This document shows, piece after piece, positions 60,557 to 64,000 of a stretch of 64,000 nucleotides of DNA. The translations under genes were made by a program, and so were the position numbers. Numbering within the stretch: the first letter of the stretch is position 1; every line of letters begins with the position of its first letter. Origin of the DNA: Clostridia bacterium (GTDB taxonomy: Bacteria; Bacillota; Clostridia; HGM11514); the NCBI GenBank assembly GCA_045586685.1, contig JAZNAU010000009.1, forward strand, positions 22,420-86,419, read 5' to 3'. The notes below the pieces were generated by a model. That model was not told where the DNA came from, ran no database searches, and was given only the letters and a program-made list of their open reading frames with translations.

Positions 60557-61168
60557 ATGTTGTTAAAACAGTTGACAGTAGGAGATTTTAGCACCAATTG
60601 TTATCTGGTGTGGGATGAAGAAAGTCTGGAAGGATATGTGATCGATCCCGGAGCCGAAGGGGACAGAATCGTAAGTGAAATCAAAAGGTTCTCTATAAAT
60701 GTAAAAGGAATTTTACTCACTCATGGTCATCTGGACCATTTTGAGGCGGTGGACGTAGTTGCCTCAAAGACAGGTGCACCAGTGCTGATGCACCGTGCCG
60801 ACCATGACCAATATACTCAGATTCCTTCTTTTTTCGGTACTGTAAAGCCACCAGAAACAAAAATTTCAGAATTTCTGGTTCATGGTATGGAACTGAAAAC
60901 GAAACATTTAGTGTTAACAATATTGGAAACACCGGGACATACGCCGGGCGGAATCAGTATTTACGATGGAAAGAGTGCGGTATTTTGCGGTGACTCCCTC
61001 TTTTGGAGAAGTGTGGGAAGATGCGATTTGCCGGGAGGCAACTGGGAAACCCTGTCTCAATCCATTCAAACTGTTCTGTACACATTACCGGAGGATACCC
61101 AAATTTACTGCGGTCACGGTCCGGCTACTACAATCGGCGAAGAAAGGAAGAATAACCCTTACGTATGA
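60557..61168 (+). CDS. MBL-fold metallo-hydrolase
   Basis: 203 aa; THGHLDH motif. Confidence 0.8.
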   Translation: MLLKQLTVGDFSTNCYLVWDEESLEGYVIDPGAEGDRIVSEIKRFSINVKGILLTHGHLDHFEAVDVVASKTGAPVLMHRADHDQYTQIPSFFGTVKPPETKISEFLVHGMELKTKHLVLTILETPGHTPGGISIYDGKSAVFCGDSLFWRSVGRCDLPGGNWETLSQSIQTVLYTLPEDTQIYCGHGPATTIGEERKNNPYV

Positions 61169-62349
61169 TACAGGAAAAAGAAGCAAAACTGCCTTGGGGC
61201 AGATTAACGGGGATTCGTCCCGTAAAACGGGCAAATGTGTTTTTATCTCAAGGCTATAGCCCCCAAGAGGCAGAAGAACTGTTTCACCGTGAGTTTGGAG
61301 CAGACAAAGCCCGTTCCAAACGAGCAGTCGAAATTGCCATGCGTGAAAACAAACTGCTTGAACAAGCATATTCTGACGGAATTGGGCTTTATATCGGGAT
61401 TCCCTTTTGTCCATCCCGCTGTGTCTATTGCTCTTTCATCTCCTTTTCGGTGGAAAAATCGGCTCAGCTTATGGAACCCTACTTAACTGCACTGGAGCAG
61501 GAAATAAAAGCAGGAGCAGAAATTGTGAAAAATCTGGGGAAACGGATTGAAACGGTGTATATAGGAGGAGGCACCCCTACTACCCTGTCAGCAGACCAAT
61601 TAAACCGTTTGCTGGAGGTTTTGCACCAAGAATTTGATTTATCTGATATCAAAGAATTTACTGTTGAAGCAGGAAGACCCGACACGATTTCGGCAGACAA
61701 GCTTTGGGTGATGAAACAATGGGGCGTAACCCGTATCAGCTTAAATCCCCAAAGTATGAATCAGAAAATACTGGATAAAATAGGAAGAAAGCACAGTCCG
61801 GAAGAATTGATTTCCGCCTTTCAACTGGCACGGGAGCGAGGCTTTACGCATATAAATATGGATGTGATTGCAGGATTACCGGACGAGACCTATCCCGAAT
61901 TTTGTCATACGATGGAAGAGCTTTTCAAACTCGACCCTGAGGGGATTACGGTGCACACCATGTCGCTAAAGCGTGCGGCGGTGCTGACACAAAATGCAGA
62001 ACAATACGATTTAACCGCACAGGAAACTGTGGGAAACATGTTGGATTTTGCTTGGGAGCAGTTAGCAATTCGAGGATATCATCCCTATTATCTGTATCGT
62101 CAGAAAAACATTCTGGGAGGGTTTGAAAACACCGGTTTTTCAAAGTCAGGGAAGGAATGTCTTTATAATATTTACATCATGGAGGAAACCCAATCTATTC
62201 TGTCCTTGGGAGCAGGTGGCTCTACCAAAATTGTTGATGGGGACAGGATTGAACGGATTTTCAATGTGAAAGAACCAACAGAATACATCAATCGGATTGA
62301 CGAAATGATAGAAAGAAAGCAAGAAATTTATACGATTTTAGGAGGTTGA
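61165..62349 (+). CDS. radical SAM protein of the HemN/HemW/HemZ (oxygen-independent coproporphyrinogen oxidase-like) family
   Basis: 394 aa; CxxxCxxC (CPSRCVYCSF) after an about 80-aa N-terminal extension; HemN-C-like tail. Confidence 0.7.
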   Translation: MIQEKEAKLPWGRLTGIRPVKRANVFLSQGYSPQEAEELFHREFGADKARSKRAVEIAMRENKLLEQAYSDGIGLYIGIPFCPSRCVYCSFISFSVEKSAQLMEPYLTALEQEIKAGAEIVKNLGKRIETVYIGGGTPTTLSADQLNRLLEVLHQEFDLSDIKEFTVEAGRPDTISADKLWVMKQWGVTRISLNPQSMNQKILDKIGRKHSPEELISAFQLARERGFTHINMDVIAGLPDETYPEFCHTMEELFKLDPEGITVHTMSLKRAAVLTQNAEQYDLTAQETVGNMLDFAWEQLAIRGYHPYYLYRQKNILGGFENTGFSKSGKECLYNIYIMEETQSILSLGAGGSTKIVDGDRIERIFNVKEPTEYINRIDEMIERKQEIYTILGG

Positions 62350-62352
62350 AAA

Positions 62353-62721
62353 ATGGCAAACTTGGAATTTTTGAATGTACTGAAAGAAAAACTGAGTGAT
62401 ACAGGGGAAAAGATTGTGAAAAAGTCCGGTCAGTTGGTGGATACCACCAAGCTAAGCTATCACATCAGTACAGAAGAATCAGAATTAAAAAAGAAGTATG
62501 AGTTAATCGGAAAAATGGTGTATGAGGCAAAATGCGGGGATAGTGAACTGTCTGACGAAATTAACACAATTTGCGATGACATCCAGCTTACTTTGGAAAA
62601 AATTGAAGAAATGAAAAAACAACTGCAAGCTTTGAAGAATAAAACAAGTTGTCCTCATTGCGGTAAGGAAATTTCCAAAGATGCGCCGTTTTGTTCTTCA
62701 TGCGGTTGTAAAAATGAGTGA
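62353..62721 (+). CDS. zinc-ribbon domain protein (coiled-coil + C-terminal CxxC-x9-CxxC)
   Basis: 122 aa; ..CPHCGKEISKDAPFCSSCG. Confidence 0.6.
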   Translation: MANLEFLNVLKEKLSDTGEKIVKKSGQLVDTTKLSYHISTEESELKKKYELIGKMVYEAKCGDSELSDEINTICDDIQLTLEKIEEMKKQLQALKNKTSCPHCGKEISKDAPFCSSCGCKNE

Positions 62722-62737
62722 AAAGGAATGAAATCGG

Positions 62738-63082
62738 ATGAACAGGGTTCTTTTGTGCGGAGTGTGTGTGGGTGCGGTGTTGAGCTTACTTGGGGAGGAG
62801 TGTGCCTCCGTTACTCTCCTGACCGCCTCTGACGGTTCTGTCAAACAAAAAGTAACCCTTGATTGTTGCGAAAATGCACAGTCTATTTTGAAACGGGACG
62901 GACTCTGCTATCAGGCACAGGCATCCTTTACGGCGGAATCGGGTGTTACCCTTTCTGGCTGTGCTCATTTATTGGAGCAATCGCCTGCATTGGTCACTTT
63001 TCTGATGCAAAACATAGCCCGCCATCTGACAGACGAAGGGGTATCGGTATCTTTTTCTGTTACGGAATCGGATTTTGGTTGA
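62738..63082 (+). CDS. hypothetical protein
   Basis: 114 aa ORF in operon position after the zinc-ribbon gene; no recognisable motif. Confidence 0.4.
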   Translation: MNRVLLCGVCVGAVLSLLGEECASVTLLTASDGSVKQKVTLDCCENAQSILKRDGLCYQAQASFTAESGVTLSGCAHLLEQSPALVTFLMQNIARHLTDEGVSVSFSVTESDFG

Positions 63083-63087
63083 TTTCA

Positions 63088-63132
63088 TAAAACAAAAAGA
63101 CCATCTAAAAGCATCTGCTTTCGGATGGCTTT
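63088..63132. terminator. bidirectional terminator between convergent genes
   Basis: ccatc-taaaagcatctgctttc-ggatgg flanked by A-run and T-run. Confidence 0.6.
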
Positions 63133-63136
63133 TTTA

Positions 63137-63319
63137 TTACTGTTTTTCATCAGAAGGAGGCACTGTAACCGTATCAAGAGTCGCCCGCAAATTTCGGCGC
63201 ACATCTGCCACATACTGCTCCCGCAATACCTTTTGTTCCGCTTTTTCTGCCTCTGTCAAACCTTCTGTCCGTGCTTTTTTTGCCAGTTCATTGATTCTAT
63301 CAATTTGTTTTTGTTCCAT
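63137..63319 (-). CDS. DUF896 (UPF0291, YnzC-like) small protein
   Basis: 60 aa; ..RINELAKKARTEGLTEAEKAEQ..LR.EY resembles B. subtilis YnzC. Confidence 0.7.
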   Translation of the reverse strand: MEQKQIDRINELAKKARTEGLTEAEKAEQKVLREQYVADVRRNLRATLDTVTVPPSDEKQ

Positions 63320-63330
63320 ATTTCTTCTCC

Positions 63331-64000
63331 TTATCGTAATTCACAAATGGTAACGCCCGACTCCCCTTCTCCGTACCGTCCCAGACGAAAGGAGGCAACC
63401 CGCTTATCCGTTTTTAAGGCTTGGGAAATGCCTGCTCTCAATGCACCTGTCCCTTTTCCGTGAATGATAGTAACCTGACTCAAAGACGCCAACACCGCCT
63501 GATCCAAAAATCGCTCTACCTCCAACAAGGCATCTTCAAGCAACATTCCTCTTACATCCACCTCGGTTGCTGCTGAAACATTGGACCGTTTCACCCCTGC
63601 AGTGGCACGGGTTTTTACACCGTCTCGGGTCACGGTGGTCTGCCCTTCCTTCAAGCTTAAGCCTGACAGTTCCACGTGCATCTTCATCAGTCCTACCTGC
63701 ACCTGTACCCGACCGTCAGAAGAGGGCAATGCTAAAACGGTGCCTGTTTGCCCAAGCTCCGCAACCTCCACCGTCGTTCCGATTTTCAAATCCGAGGCTT
63801 TCACGCCCTTTGCTTTTACAAGAGAGGATACGGCTTGTGTCTTTTTTACCGATTCATTCAGCTTGGTTTTCACCTCAACCATTTTCTTTTGGAGACCTAT
63901 CTTTCCTACCTGAGCATGAAGTGCCTTGACTTCCTCTAACAAAGCATCGCTTTCCCGTTTTGCCTCCAGCACAATTTCCCGTGCTTGTTGTCTTGCTTTT
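63331..64000 (-). CDS. mutS2: endonuclease MutS2, C-terminal part (gene continues beyond window end)
   Basis: C-terminal Smr domain (VDVRGM..IIHGKGTGALR) preceded by a coiled-coil; ORF is open to the window edge. Confidence 0.8.
   Translation of the reverse strand, partial: KARQQAREIVLEAKRESDALLEEVKALHAQVGKIGLQKKMVEVKTKLNESVKKTQAVSSLVKAKGVKASDLKIGTTVEVAELGQTGTVLALPSSDGRVQVQVGLMKMHVELSGLSLKEGQTTVTRDGVKTRATAGVKRSNVSAATEVDVRGMLLEDALLEVERFLDQAVLASLSQVTIIHGKGTGALRAGISQALKTDKRVASFRLGRYGEGESGVTICELR

Overview
This 64 kb window is from a low-to-moderate GC Firmicutes (Clostridia-like) chromosome. Housekeeping genes dominate (RBS usage, sporulation genes ytfJ and spoVG, and the gene orders dprA-topA-trmFO and spoVG-prs-pth-mfd). 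Recognisable content includes accD(partial)-accA, rluB, a D-Ala-D-Ala carboxypeptidase and ytfJ. A long minus-strand operon carries a TrmH-family methyltransferase, dprA, topA, trmFO, tyrS, hisH and hisF. The infC-rpmI-rplT operon has an ATT start and an L20-type leader/attenuator. Also present are EamA, NhaC and PbuG-like transporters, trmO, xth, mfd, pth, prs, spoVG, murC, nth, an iorA-iorB-paaK-ACT aromatic 2-oxoacid/arylacetate cluster, a Y-family polymerase with a YolD-like partner, cca, recR, comM, nadE, recJ, rel, a hemW-like radical SAM gene and the 3' part of mutS2. There are four tRNAs: Pro-UGG, an Ile2/Met-CAU, Leu-GAG and initiator fMet. An AT-richer accessory segment (about 21.2-31.1 kb) sits next to two of the tRNA genes. 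It holds an orphan solute-binding lipoprotein, a secreted beta-helix protein, an AraC regulator and a TPP-riboswitch-controlled thiM-thiE-(HAD::thiD) cassette. That cassette is bracketed by two copies of a 180-195 bp direct repeat (R), and the R copy beside the tRNA is followed by an unassigned GC-rich 200-nt element. Other items I could not explain are a 50-aa cysteine-rich peptide gene with its own RBS and terminator, a symmetric array of eight GCGATAT heptamers next to tRNA-Pro, diverged tandem repeats next to tRNA-fMet, a hairpin-dense 400-nt convergent intergenic region, and an E2-like acyltransferase-domain protein whose catalytic His is replaced by Glu. I found no CRISPR array, transposase, integrase or obvious defence genes. 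All calls are from reading the sequence and ORF translations by eye; no searches were run.
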